Shown here: piece by piece, positions 13,184-26,000 of the stretch
Position numbering within the stretch: the first letter of the stretch is position 1
Layout of the letters: every line of letters starts with the position of its first letter
NCBI GenBank assembly: GCA_030141605.1
Contig: JAQGDQ010000035.1
Span: 682,001-746,000 of the forward strand
Direction: 5' to 3'
Source of the DNA: Tubiluchus corallicola
Taxonomy: Eukaryota > Animalia > Priapulida
DNA length: 64,000 nucleotides
Program-made: the position numbers and the translations under genes
Notes under the pieces: model-generated
What the model was told of the DNA's origin: nothing
Seen by the model: the letters and a program-made list of their open reading frames with translations, nothing else
The model's database searches: none

Positions 13184-14546
13184 TTACATTTCCCATCCTT
13201 TGAAGTGTCATCAAAATTTTGTTAATTGTGGGTTTCTAACATGAAGATACAAACAATTTTGCACAACTGATGTCTGGATTTTTAGAAGTGTTACTGGTCA
13301 CCTTCATGCCTTGATCAGCTACAAAAGTTTCAGCCGACACTTGTCCTCTCATATGTTACTCATCCGTTGTAATACTACTTTTGCTTGAATAGATTAGATT
13401 TGCAGAGCCTATTTTCAATGTCAATAAAGGTTTTACGAAATTCTGCAATTTTAGGTAATTTTTCACGTAGAGCTAATACGAAATAAAGCGGGAGGACAAA
13501 GTGCGAGCGAGGACAATGATAGGTCAGTCATGCTTCTTGGCATTGAATAGATTGCTTCTGTGATTCAGAAGTCTGCAGTCACTCATTTTAATTAATGCGC
13601 GAGTACAATGGTTTTTCTACATGAAAACCTAAGCTCTATGCGAATGAATGCGCGAGGAGAGGCTGATTGTTGACAAGTTTCTAAAATTTGTAAAACGAAA
13701 GTTGTACCTGTTTCTTAATTGGGAAATCGAGAGTGAATGTGGAAGAAGAACAATAAACATTAATAAACAATTCAATTCAATTCTTTTTTATTTCGGCTAA
13801 AGATACTACGAAAATAAAAGAATCACAAACAGGAAGTTTGCACACTATTTACGGGTAAACAAATGCAACATAGAGAATCAACGAGTATAAGATATTATAC
13901 ACCCACACACGTACATGTACGTACTATAAAGAAAAAGGGGTTAATAAAAACTTTGGCTAGTGAGAAAATAAACGTTATACAAAACGTACATCTCAACTTT
14001 TGATTGCACATAATAACAGATTGTGGCTAGTTAAAATACGCATTTTAAAGCTAACTTATAATGTTGCTTCTTTTTAATACATTCACCAAATAATATTAGG
14101 TCTACGCCACCAAATGAAACACACGTAAGCAGGGAGTAATGAAACATAAACAACGCGTCTTAGAAGCGTTAAAAACAATATTTTTCACAGAAAATATTTC
14201 ACAGGACAAAACCAACTTCTGTAAAAAAGCCTATTAGCTAATGTTAATCTACTGCCTCACTGGAACTTTATCCGAAACATATAAGATTATCATAGCCTTA
14301 ATTTGATAAGCTTAAAGCATAATAGTCTGCTGAAAAAATTAGTAGGAATAACTGCAGAAAATGAATAACGCATACGCAGGCTGTAGAAACGGCTGCCTTG
14401 AAAACAATATAAACCGATTTTATCTATCCGCAACCCCCCAAAACGCACCCGCATCCGCATGCCAAATAAACGCCACTTTAGGGTACTATTTTTATAGATT
14501 ACACTTTTGTGCGTCACTTTATGTTTTACTAGGATCGTTTATATAG

Positions 14547-14670
14547 CTACTACTACTACTGCTGCTGCTGCTGTGCTGCTACTGCTACTGCTGCTACTAT
14601 TACTATTACTACTACTACTACTACTACTACTAATAATAATAACAATAATAATAATAATAACAATAATAAT
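14547..14670. repeat. Compound (CTA)n/(CTG)n/(ATA)n microsatellite
   Basis: Direct reading. Confidence 0.9.
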
Positions 14671-16988
14671 ACTGTTATTTTACTTCAGTGCATAAACACA
14701 AATATAATTCACCATTCACGCAGCATTCACCACAATGTAATCTGACAATGAAAAAACAACACCTGCCAACGTGATATTGTTATTTTATAAGTTATCATGA
14801 CAGAAGAAGAAAAAGCGTAGGTCCGAGAGCTGATAAATACGCTTATTAATACGCTTCGTTACAGAAAATCAATATGTTGTCATGAACATCTGAATCTGAA
14901 AAGGTATGCTGTTTTAAGAGAGCGGAGCATGAAAGTAAAAAATATTATAAAGATGGAAAACGTCCTCCAAAATTTAATAATATCGCTACGCGAAGAGTAC
15001 CACGTAGACAGCGTAACAATTTCACTTTCAGTGAACATACAAGCAGCTAAAGGCTATATAGATACGTTATGTATTTTAACGATGACACAGGGAAATAACT
15101 AATTTATTTCTCAACTTTTTCGCAGTCCGCGGATATCACAGTTTTAAAATGCAAAGCGACACAGAACAAACAAGCATTCGTAGAATATTTTGACTATTAT
15201 GTAACCTTCAATTGCAGGTGATTCTAAAGAGAATACAGTAAGTAATTTAAAAAGCTGGCACGGCCAACAAACAGAGGCAAGCTTCCGCTTAAGAACAAAT
15301 TATAAATGTTTAGAAAACTGTTTAATCATCGGAGCTAGTTTACAAAAAGATACTCTGATACAAACAAGTAATATAATTTACCATTAGAGCTACAGCAACA
15401 GACACAGGGCTATGCTCTATTTAACATTGTAGATTTAAGTGATATTGAACTTGAATAGTTTTTTTAATTTATAGATAATCATCTTGTTCATTTTGTTTTT
15501 ACATTTAGTCGATACTACATGTAGCAGAATTAAACCCGTTTAAAAAGAAAACTCAATTGTCAAAAAAATAATGCAAACGCGGGGATATACATGTATATGG
15601 TTCACTCGCTACATTAAATTTGTGTAAGCCTCAGCAAGCATATATCAGCAATAAGCTACAGCGGATATTGCATGACAAGAATATTAGAAAGTTAGTTGTG
15701 CGAATATTGTTGGAAATTTAGTGCGCATTGTTTGCCCATAAATCAAGACTGACTTAACACTTATTTAGTGCATAGGTACCATTACTCACTAATTATTAAA
15801 AGCAATTTTAAGTTCTCCGATTTCTTTATTTGGTCGCTATATTATTTGGTACTAATCTTAGGCATTAGTAATTAAAATTGATTATTTATTAGTTATTGAA
15901 TACAGTGTTTACCTTTACATCATTTAGAATCTTCTCGTATCAAAGATTTTTCAAAATTCTTGTCAAGTCAGATAACATGACATTGAAAATGCGCTGATGG
16001 CTTTCCTTTTCTTCTTAAAAGGTTACTCTGTACACATTATTAGTAAATCTGTTGATATCCTGCTTATAGATTAAATATAATTATAATCAGGCAGTTAACA
16101 CTGATGCTTGCAGTGAGGCCTAAGCCAAGCTCATTCTAAAGAGCATCGTCTGAAAGATTAGCCACTGAACCAGCAGAAGTGTTCCAGCCACACTGTATTA
16201 CATGCTCTCTCAAACAAGTAAACAACCAGTAAAAAAGCAACATTGGGTTTCTTAGGTTATCTAATTGTTTGATTAAGCAAATTATTTGTAAATCAACTAA
16301 ACCTTTTGGAAAGACTTAGATGGTCTTCAAGAAATTTATTTCAAGTGTAATTCTGCCACTACCTCTGAGAAGTCATGACTCATATTATGTCAAGCCCTAA
16401 ATAAATCATTTTAAGACCTAACTCTAAATAAATCATTTTGTTTCAAGAAAAAATTTTGTGCAAATCTTATTGAATTTCACTACTCCATAATAGGACCAAG
16501 TTTGTGTTTGCATAAAGTGCCAGTGAAGTCTTCAGGTTGCACCTGTCAGGTTGAAAAACATGATAAAACACTCAGAACCACTATTATTAAGTAATAACAG
16601 TGCATGCATCAAAATTCTCAACAATTTTATACTCAATAAACTATGCTGAATATGTTGTATGCCCGTTGGTAAATTTTTTTTATTACATTTTTATGAGTAC
16701 AAAAATAAACCATAAAAAGTTAAAAAAGTGATGCGTTAGTCTAAGAAATGATTGATATGTTTTACAGTGACTATTATAATACATAAAACAGTCTGAGACA
16801 AAACCCGCTGCAAAATCTTATCTACTCAAATACAAAAAATGTGTAAAAAAAACATTTATTTACAAAACATGCAAAGTACAATGCAAACTTTACAGATTGC
16901 AAAATCCACTAGGAGGTTATTTAGTTTCAGTGTTCACAAAATGATTGTTATCTGCATTTCAATAAGCGCAACAAAACAAACTCCATGG

Positions 16989-17067
16989 CTAGCTAAAAGT
17001 ATCAGCCAAACTCTCCTTTGTAGTTGTTTCCAGACTCAGGAAAATGTTGTCAAAATAATGACAAAAC
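16989..17067 (-). CDS. ATAD5: ATAD5 last coding exon
   Basis: Acceptor attttattcgcag, phase 2; RFCHYFDNIFLSLETTTKESLADTFS* resembles the vertebrate C-terminus RFLHYFEGI...LAADF. Confidence 0.85.
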
Positions 17068-20000
17068 CTGCGAATAAAATAATTACTATATTTGCATCTT
17101 CCAAAAACACCATTTATTGCAACCAAATTAGTTTAGGATTGTTTAACAAATTGGTCACACACACAAAACAGGTACTGAGAGGTTTCTTATCAAGCGATTA
17201 TTTTTACCAAAAGAAAAACAAAATATTGTTTGAGCTTATACCGTATTCGCCAATTTATTTTCATGGACTACACCACAGAAATGATCAAGCTTTAATGAAT
17301 TTTACTGTCACAATTTGTATTTATCATGGTAAGGGCACAAGAATGTACATGGCAAGGTTTCTAAGAACAGCTTAGTTAGTATATAATTTCGACTGACTTT
17401 AAGCCTTAAAGTATCATTTTTCTGTAAGTTGAGTTTTCGAAATACACACTATTTAAGCACAGTGTAGTTTCAATTAATGAAACTATTTTATATATTACCT
17501 AGAAAATAATATTTTTGATATTCTGACACAATGGAAAAGTGTCTAGTTGTTCTCAAAATACTAGATTCATTGCTGCTTCTTATACATGTAGTTTTAATGT
17601 GAATGTTCAGGACAGTAATTTAGAAATCAAGTTTTTGCTTCGCGTCTCATCTTTGTGGAATCCTTTAGAAATATTTCAGTAAATATAACAATTAAAGACT
17701 TTAAATTGCAAACAATTTAAATTTAAAATTTAAATTTTAGTTGCTGTAGCGAAGTAAGACACATTGAATAGATTTCAGTTCTGTGATGACCAGATAGTTC
17801 AGTTAATGACTAAATGACATCACAAATCAATAAAAAATTACCTGCCACGACGTTTTGTGCGTTCTGACTTTTTAACTTTTTCAGCCCGGCAGATTGCTCT
17901 AAGAGTTGGCATGTAGTCTCTGGTAATGACTTCTCGATCCAGGTGAGAAGTTAACGGGAGGACTCCAGCAACGGTAGCAATAACTTTCTTATGTTGAATC
18001 TTTGTACTGTTTAAAGGCAAGAGATAAAAATCAAGTCAATATTTTGCTTCCAGCCATTAAGTAGTGTAAATTAAGGTGTCAAAAAAGGCTGCCTGAAAAA
18101 GTGAAAGTGAGTATTTTCTTTTTGCCTTGAACAAATTCAAGTAGGAAAGCCTAAGGGTATATGTGAGATAAAGCTAAGGAGCACACTGAAAATAAACTTC
18201 ACTACGCGATCAACAACAAGAGGGTGTTTTTTATTGAAGTGCATGATGTATAAATCAAAGACCAAACTGTTAGTTGTTTATCAAGGTTATCAATCTCCCC
18301 CTGGGGAGTAAGTTTTTAGCACACAAGTACTGAAATTCACAAGTTCCTTTGTTCGTGTGTAAAGTATGCTAAGCCAAGCCAATGATATATGTAATAATGT
18401 ACAGATCAAGGGATTAAATAACGTATAGATCAAGGGTTTAGCGAATGTAATGTTGTATAGTATACAGCCTTACCCTCTTTCCGCTAGAGGAAAAACAATT
18501 CCTTTTATGTAAGCTGCATCTTCACTTAATTCTTCTGTGTTTATTTTCTCAATCTCTGCTCTGCATCAAAGTTTGCAAGTACAAAGTTGAGAATGACACG
18601 AGCAACCAAGAATGTACTCAGGACTTGCAAGCAGGTAGCTCAAATCGTACAAGTCGATGACAGGTCAAAGTTATGGTTAGGTCCTACTGAACTGTGATTT
18701 TGAATTAAACAACGGTTCTGTTTGTGCAAATGGAAAATACATTTATGATAGCTCCATCCATCTTGATCTGAGAAAGGTTCTAGACAATCTGACTTAAAAG
18801 TTCTCCCAAGATACTAGATATCACTTTAAGTGGTAGAAAAAGGATTTAAAAATCACATTTTGCTCCTTTTTTAAATTGAATGGCCTTTCAAAACTTCAAT
18901 GCTGCTGTGTGTTGAACTTATACTTGAATTAGGTGCAACTAAAAGATCCTCAAAATATCCTGTGAAGATCACATTGCTCATTTACGACATTGAAATTCTT
19001 AATGTGGAGTGGAGAAGTAGTTCTCCTGTGTGAGAAATGTTATATGCATTTGTGAAAATTTGTTGCCGAAATGGTATCATATGTGATGGCCATTGGTCAA
19101 CAGTCATACCACATCTCTGACAAGCATACATGGATTCTTAACCCTGGGAACATTCAATCACTCAACTTTACGTCTTGCATGAAAACCCTTCTGAATGGAG
19201 ATGAGATGAGGAAGTATTGAGAAAAAACACTTTTGTTGACAGAAAAGATGTCTTCTACAGCCAAGCTAACTTAATTTTGGTGCTTGTGGACAGATAGGAG
19301 TTCTCTATCATTGTTGTAATCATCATTGTTTTTTAAGTGTGCATAACAGAAGAGTCACCATTGTTTGTTTACTGTACATGACAGAATAGTCACTACTGTT
19401 TGTTAACTGCGCATGACAGATTAATCACCAGTGTTTATTAACAGTGCACGACAGAAGAATCACCATTGTTTAACTGTGCATGTCGGTATAATCACCACTG
19501 TTGTTACATGTGGTGACAGAAACTGGGCAACTGAAGCGTAAGAACAATTCCTTACCGATCTCAAAAAATTGCTTTCCCTAAACAATGTTATTTCTTTTAG
19601 CATTTTTTTATGTTATTTTACATCGAATAAACTTGTCTTAATAAAAATATTTTTCGCCTAACCATCTGATAACCGGTTTCTGAAGATTTTAATTAGGTGA
19701 CTACTATAAAAGTGCACAATAATCTTGTTCTTAAATTATTTTACATTTATAATGCATCAAAAATGCATAATGCAGTAAACAAAATGTCCATGTTAAGTTT
19801 ATTACAAATTTCTTAGCAATTTAATTACAAATAATTTACCATAAATGCTAGGCAAACATAAAATACATTGTGTGTTTGCCCCAGGCTCAGAAAAAACAGG
19901 TAAGTTTTTTTTACATAGCACTAAGTTGTGTTTACCAGGTTATGCACATGGGGATTATAAATGCTAAAAATACAAACTCGCTTACAGCAATAAATTCCTG

Positions 20001-23000
20001 AATAAAAAATGTTGTTTTAAATTGAACATAAAACAGAGAAACTAACCAAATAGACTTGCTGTTAATTTGCGCAATAACGTCTGACATCCTTGCTCAACAT
20101 CCTAAATGACAGTTATGATAGATGTAGTAGAAAACAAAAGCTAACTAGTGGACGTTTTTGACTGTGTCAAAAACTGTGGTAAGATTCTGCTTCTGTGACA
20201 GAAGATGCTTTATGTGACAGCTTTTGTTTTTCAAATAAAAAATATTTTTCAAAATAGTTAACATCATGTATGAAAGTACTGTTGTATTTGACATTAAAAA
20301 CTTCAGTGAAATTGGAACTTGTCACTTTTTCACCAGTGGTCCGTAACTCAAGACTGTGAAGGGCATAATCGTGAATCCATGCTTGATTACTTAGGAATTG
20401 GATTTTGTTTTACTAAAATTATTCGAAACTATAATTTCTTGACAAGTGACCAACACCAGCCAAATTCTTAACTAAGTCATGTGTTACCTTTCTTAGCAAC
20501 CAAGTGTTGCAATTACGGATGGTACTCAAAAATCTAAAGAAATGCTTAACAAAGTAAATCAGCATTCATCATTTTAATCCAACCGCTGTTGTACAGTCAC
20601 ATGATCATGACGTCATATACTATATATCGTAACACCAAGCACACAACGTAACCACACAAGTATTTCTTTCCCTAGTATAATGTGGTTATTAATTATTGAC
20701 TAGCTAAGGCCCCGCAAAAAAATTTGTGTATAAATTCACTTATAATCAAAAATACGCGAACATCCTACCGAGTCCTTATTTGCAACGCGAAGCGAGCAGC
20801 AGTTTTTACTGAATTAAAGTTATAAGGTTATAGACAGAGTATAATGGATGACGTCAGAACAATGGTTTTGCGTCAGCAGTTTTAACATTTAACATTTGTA
20901 ATTACTGCATGGAACCTTTTCAAGAACATGCTGCTGTGCATTACATGTTTACCTTTTCTTTCACAAGTGATTCTATTGCCTGCTATATTAACAATCTTGT
21001 ACGGATTTGGATCATATGAGAACTTGATTTGCATGTACCCGTGTCGATGAAGAATCTCCAATATGAAATTTTATGTTCCGAAGTTGACTGCTATTATGTA
21101 AAGCATGACACATTTGTTGCCTCTCTTTTGTTAGTTGGTACTGCTCTTTGGCAGTAGATAGCAATGCTGATTCTGTCATGCAACTAATGGAAGTCTATTG
21201 GTTACCTTTCTTCCAAAGATGATGTCAGCAGGTGCTATTCCTGTACTTCTGTGAACTGATATGCTGTGAACTTCCTTAATTCTTCACTGAAGAATGGCGG
21301 TCCATTGTCTGATATGACAACACGAGGTAATCCATATGGTGTGAATTTCTTGTCAAGGGCTGCTATTGTACAAAAGGCTAACATGGAGGATACAAACTCA
21401 CACTCAATATACTTGCATAGAACATCAATGACAACTAGAATACATTTTTCATGTACTGGCCCATAAAAGTCAATTGATAAGTGGTCAATACACCTTCTGG
21501 ACTGTCAGTCACACAAATGGGTTCAACTGGTTTCTGGTCACCTATTGCCTGACATACAGGACATGACTGAAGGAGTTGTTTGACTTTATGATCTATGCCT
21601 GAGAACCAGATTTTCTCTCTTACCTGGCTTTTGTTTTAGCTATTTCTTGATGGGTTTCAAGTGCAAATTCTAATGCTCGCTTCTGAAGACTCACTGGTAT
21701 AATAATTCTATTACCGCTTAGTAGCACAAGATGTTGGTTTGAATACAACTCATTTGCGATATTTTTATACTGTTGCAACTGACTGTCAGGTACATTCAAA
21801 TGTTTCAGTCTTACAGCTTTCAAAATTTTGGCTGCTTGAGTGGCATCTGCAATTTCCTTGATAGATAGATATTTAAGAATGCTGAGCTGAGCACAAAAGT
21901 TTACAAATTTTTCTGCACTCACTTGCTCCTGGTTGATAGCACATGAAATGCAAAGTATCCCTAGAATCCATCTGATAATCCTTGGCTGTGGCTTCGCTGT
22001 TAGACTATCCAAGTGATGGACTTCAGCTGATGGATCAAAGTAACACATAACCTTGTCACTGCCCAGGCTGTCTTTGATTGCTTGGAATGTGCTTTCATTG
22101 CGATCTAGCCATGCCCACTTATGTCCTTCCTGGCGAGTGTTCTGAGCGGTTCAGACAATATTGAAAAATTCGTTATATAGCATGATGTATAGCTAGTCAT
22201 TCCCAAAAATGATTTCACTTCACCAACTGACTGTGTGGTCTGGTGAACTCTTTGATGGCACGAACTTTGCCAGGATGTGGAGATATGCCATCTCCTGATA
22301 AAATATGTCCATAGTACTACAGGTTTGATTTGCATGAATGAGTATATCATCACTCATATTGATTACATTTGGAATGCCAGCATATACTTGACGAATGATG
22401 TTTTGGGATATTTCAGCTGCACAGTGAGCCACAAATGTGGTGATGTATCTGGAGTCCGGATGCAGTTCAATCTGATGATACACCTTGTTAAGATCAGGTT
22501 GGAGAATATGGCTGAACCATTGACCTGGCACACGATGTCATCAAATGTTGGAGTCACATGGCGTTCACATTTGATCCGGAAGTCTACCATCCGCCAAAGT
22601 CGACGAAAATTATGTCATTTGATTCGTCTCATCGAGACCTTTCATTTGACTGTTACTCCACACTGGAAGCATTCATGTCCCCGACCCCTTCGATTTTGGT
22701 TTTTGCCCCCTACCGAAAATTTTTTTAATAAGCAAATGGCTCATGTTAAGCCATGTTCAAACGTTGTAGGAGGAGGATCCAGGCCAACAAAAAAACAATA
22801 AGCCCTGTCCGCTCTGTGACCTTTGACCTTGGGGTGACAGGTCATGTGTAAACATAAATCCCCCTACCTGGGAAGTGTGCCTGTGAATTTCGTGAACCTA
22901 GCCCTGTGAGTGTGTGAATTAAAGAAACAAAATGAGAAAGAATTAATAGAGAAAAATAATAGAAAGCGGGGGGGGGGGAATCTTATCAAAAAGATTCTGC

Positions 23001-26000
23001 TGTAAGGAGAATCTTAAATAGTCACAATAATTATTCATTTCTGATTTGGATTGTTGCTTACACCTTTGTGATTAGGCATGACCATTACCTCTGCATGATA
23101 TAGTCTTTCTGGAGAAACACAGAATGCGGATGTGCTTGTTGTATAATTATCATCTGCTATAAGTCTTTATACCTACAGTCATTCTTTATAGTGATAGTAA
23201 CATGTTATCTGAATTTAGTTATTCAAAATCCTTGATAAAACAGCCTACAAATGGAAGCACTGGAATTTCATTAAGCAATATTACATATTACTTAGATATA
23301 ATAGAAACAACATCACATAATATTATGGTGAGGATGATGATAAAAAGTCAACTGAATATTGGACAGGAGTCAGCTTAGATTTTAATACTGTTAATGCTAT
23401 GACTTTAGACAATGCTTTTCTTGCTAAACTTTTAGCAGTTCGCATTTGTTACACTTGCAATTTGATAAATGAGCAAAAACTGATTCATCTTAGTGATCGA
23501 TTGACTAGGCTGCTATTGGTTAACTAACTCATTGGCTTCACACTTGCACCTGGTGACTGCACATTTTTATAAAGCTATGCTTTTTTGTATTTTTAGTGAT
23601 ATAGCTCAGTTAGACAACAGAGAACCGAAACGTTTGTACTGCACATTTTTCCTACTTTTAAGTTTTTTTAATGGTAACTGATCTTAGCTGTTACAGCAAC
23701 CAACTCGAAGATTACTTCTCGAAAATCTGTTTTTCATCCAGTAGTACAAAAAATCGTATTTCATTGCACAAATGCTTTTTAAATTGTAAATGACCTGTAC
23801 CTAGAATTATCAATTCAAGGTCACCAACTGCATGACCGAAATCCGTCTCAACGCGAGGTGTCAGTTACATAACCTTCGCCAACTCTTTATAAGTTTTAAT
23901 TTGTCAACTTATTGTAGTTTTATGTTAATAGGCTCACATTATACTGCTGTAAAGTTTAAAGTAAAAGTCTAAAAACAATAAAAAATAAAATAAAATAATG
24001 ACATAATGATGACGATGAGGATGGCAATGCCTAATTACTGTGATTTACTTACTTTTTATGTTATTTATTTATTAAATATATCCACAACAATCATTACAGC
24101 ATAGCACTTCCAAAGAATTTAATAAGATATTTATTATGTACCCAAGATGCCAAGCTGCAAATGACCCGTGGGGTACTCAAGAAGTCAATACTTTCTGAGA
24201 GCAACCCAAATGTATGTGGACTGAGAAAAGGAAGAAACAGCAGTAAAGAAGTAGAAAAGCTGAAGGAGAATTGAAAGAAAGAGAAAGATGTGGTGGTAAC
24301 TGTATGAAGTAACGCGAACTATGGAAACTGATATAGTCAGCAACGTGACAGATTCCGACAGAAACGGCAGGGTAATTAGTCAAATTGATTTATTCTTTAT
24401 AATTAAAGAAGATTTCACTTTTAAAATTTCTTTTGAAGTTATTTATAGATAAAGAATTTTTTATGTATTCATTGACGTGATTCCAAAGTCTAGGACCAGT
24501 GTTAGTGATGAAGTGCCTTGCCGCACTTAGTCCTTCAATACTTAATAAGAAATTCATTAGATCTTGTAATGGGTTTAAAAAGAAAGCAGGAAGTAGTTTA
24601 TGTTTGGTTTTGTACATGTAAATAGGGGAATTCAAATTTATTGATCATTTAGTACTAGGATAAACTAGTTCTTGAAAAAATTAAGACCAACATAGTCACA
24701 TTTGCTCATATTAGCTATCAATCTTATGAACTTATGTTGTAAGAAGTTTAATTTAAGTAAAGATAAAGGGTAGGTGCGTCCCCAAAGTATATTAAAGTAG
24801 GTTAAATATATAATTATAAAGTGTGATGTTTTTTGGCAAAACAATGTTTAACTTGACTGATTGCTATGTTTTTAGCAATTTTTGAATGAATCATATTTAA
24901 GTGTGGTTTCCAATCTAAATGTTCATTTGAGATAACACCTAAGAACTTCATTTCATTTACTTGTTCTACAGCATCACTGTCAATTTTTATAATACTGTTC
25001 ATAGTTATGAATTTGTTACGAGCTCTGACTAAAATGTATTCACTTTTAGTTGAATTTAATGCTAATTTGTTGATTCTAAACCAGCCTGTAATTTTACTGA
25101 CCTCATTATTAATGATATTAGTGTCCACTACCTTACTTTTGATCTTAAAGAAAATACTTGTGTCATCAAATTGGAAGACCTTTCCACTGTCAGTAATACA
25201 GTTTTGAAGGTCATTAATATATATTAAAAACAGCAGAGATCCCAAAATGGACCCCTGGGGTACTCCATGTGTGACTATTGCTTAATTGAAAAGGACATTG
25301 CTACATCTGATTACTTGAGTTCGGCCTTTGAAGTTAATCAGCAAAAAACGAGAATGCGACCCCTCTAATGCTATGGTGAAATAACTTATCTAAGAAAATA
25401 CATCATGCTTAACTATGCCAAAGGTCTTAGAGAGGTAGCAAAAAATGCCAATGGCAACAGTGTTTTGTTCTAATGAATTAACAATGTTGTTTATTATATT
25501 AATCAGGGTTAACTGTGTAGAATAACCCTTTCTAAAGCCATACTGATGATTATAAAGTACATTATATATAGTCAAGCAATCTATTAATCTTTTACAGACA
25601 TTATTTTCTAATATTTTAGAGAAAAAAGGTAATAATGATATAGGTCGATATCCTTAGCTTTAAATAAAGGAATAATTACTGATTTTCTAATTTGAAAAGG
25701 TATTATTCCTGTTGTCAATGAGTAATTAGTTATATGTGTTAAAGGAGTAGCTAACCGATCAATTAAATCAAATACAACTTTGGGGAGAAAATTATCAACG
25801 CCTGCCCGTCTATTACGGTTAAAAGATTTACAAGTAGATTTTATCTCATTCACTGTAACAGGACTGAAAAAGAGTAGATTGATAATTACCCTCAAGATAA
25901 ACTTTAAGCTTAACACCAGAAATTGGAACTTCTTCGGCTTAGTTGAATTTCTTCAACTTCAACTGGTACATTCATCTTTTTTGTCACAGCCTTAATCAAG

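Noticed and set aside
16839-17375. 178-aa + strand ORF
   Set aside because: Antisense to the last ATAD5 exon and 3'UTR, with no recognisable motifs.
17600-17663. Alternative last ATAD5 exon at the ttctaaag acceptor
   Set aside because: Gives only RIPQR*; the exon at 17067-16989 supplies the conserved C-terminus.
18650-19300. Possible decayed DNA transposase coding sequence
   Set aside because: Stops in all frames examined and no motif I can assign.
22277-22801. 174-aa + strand ORF
   Set aside because: Antisense shadow of the Gypsy RT remnant.
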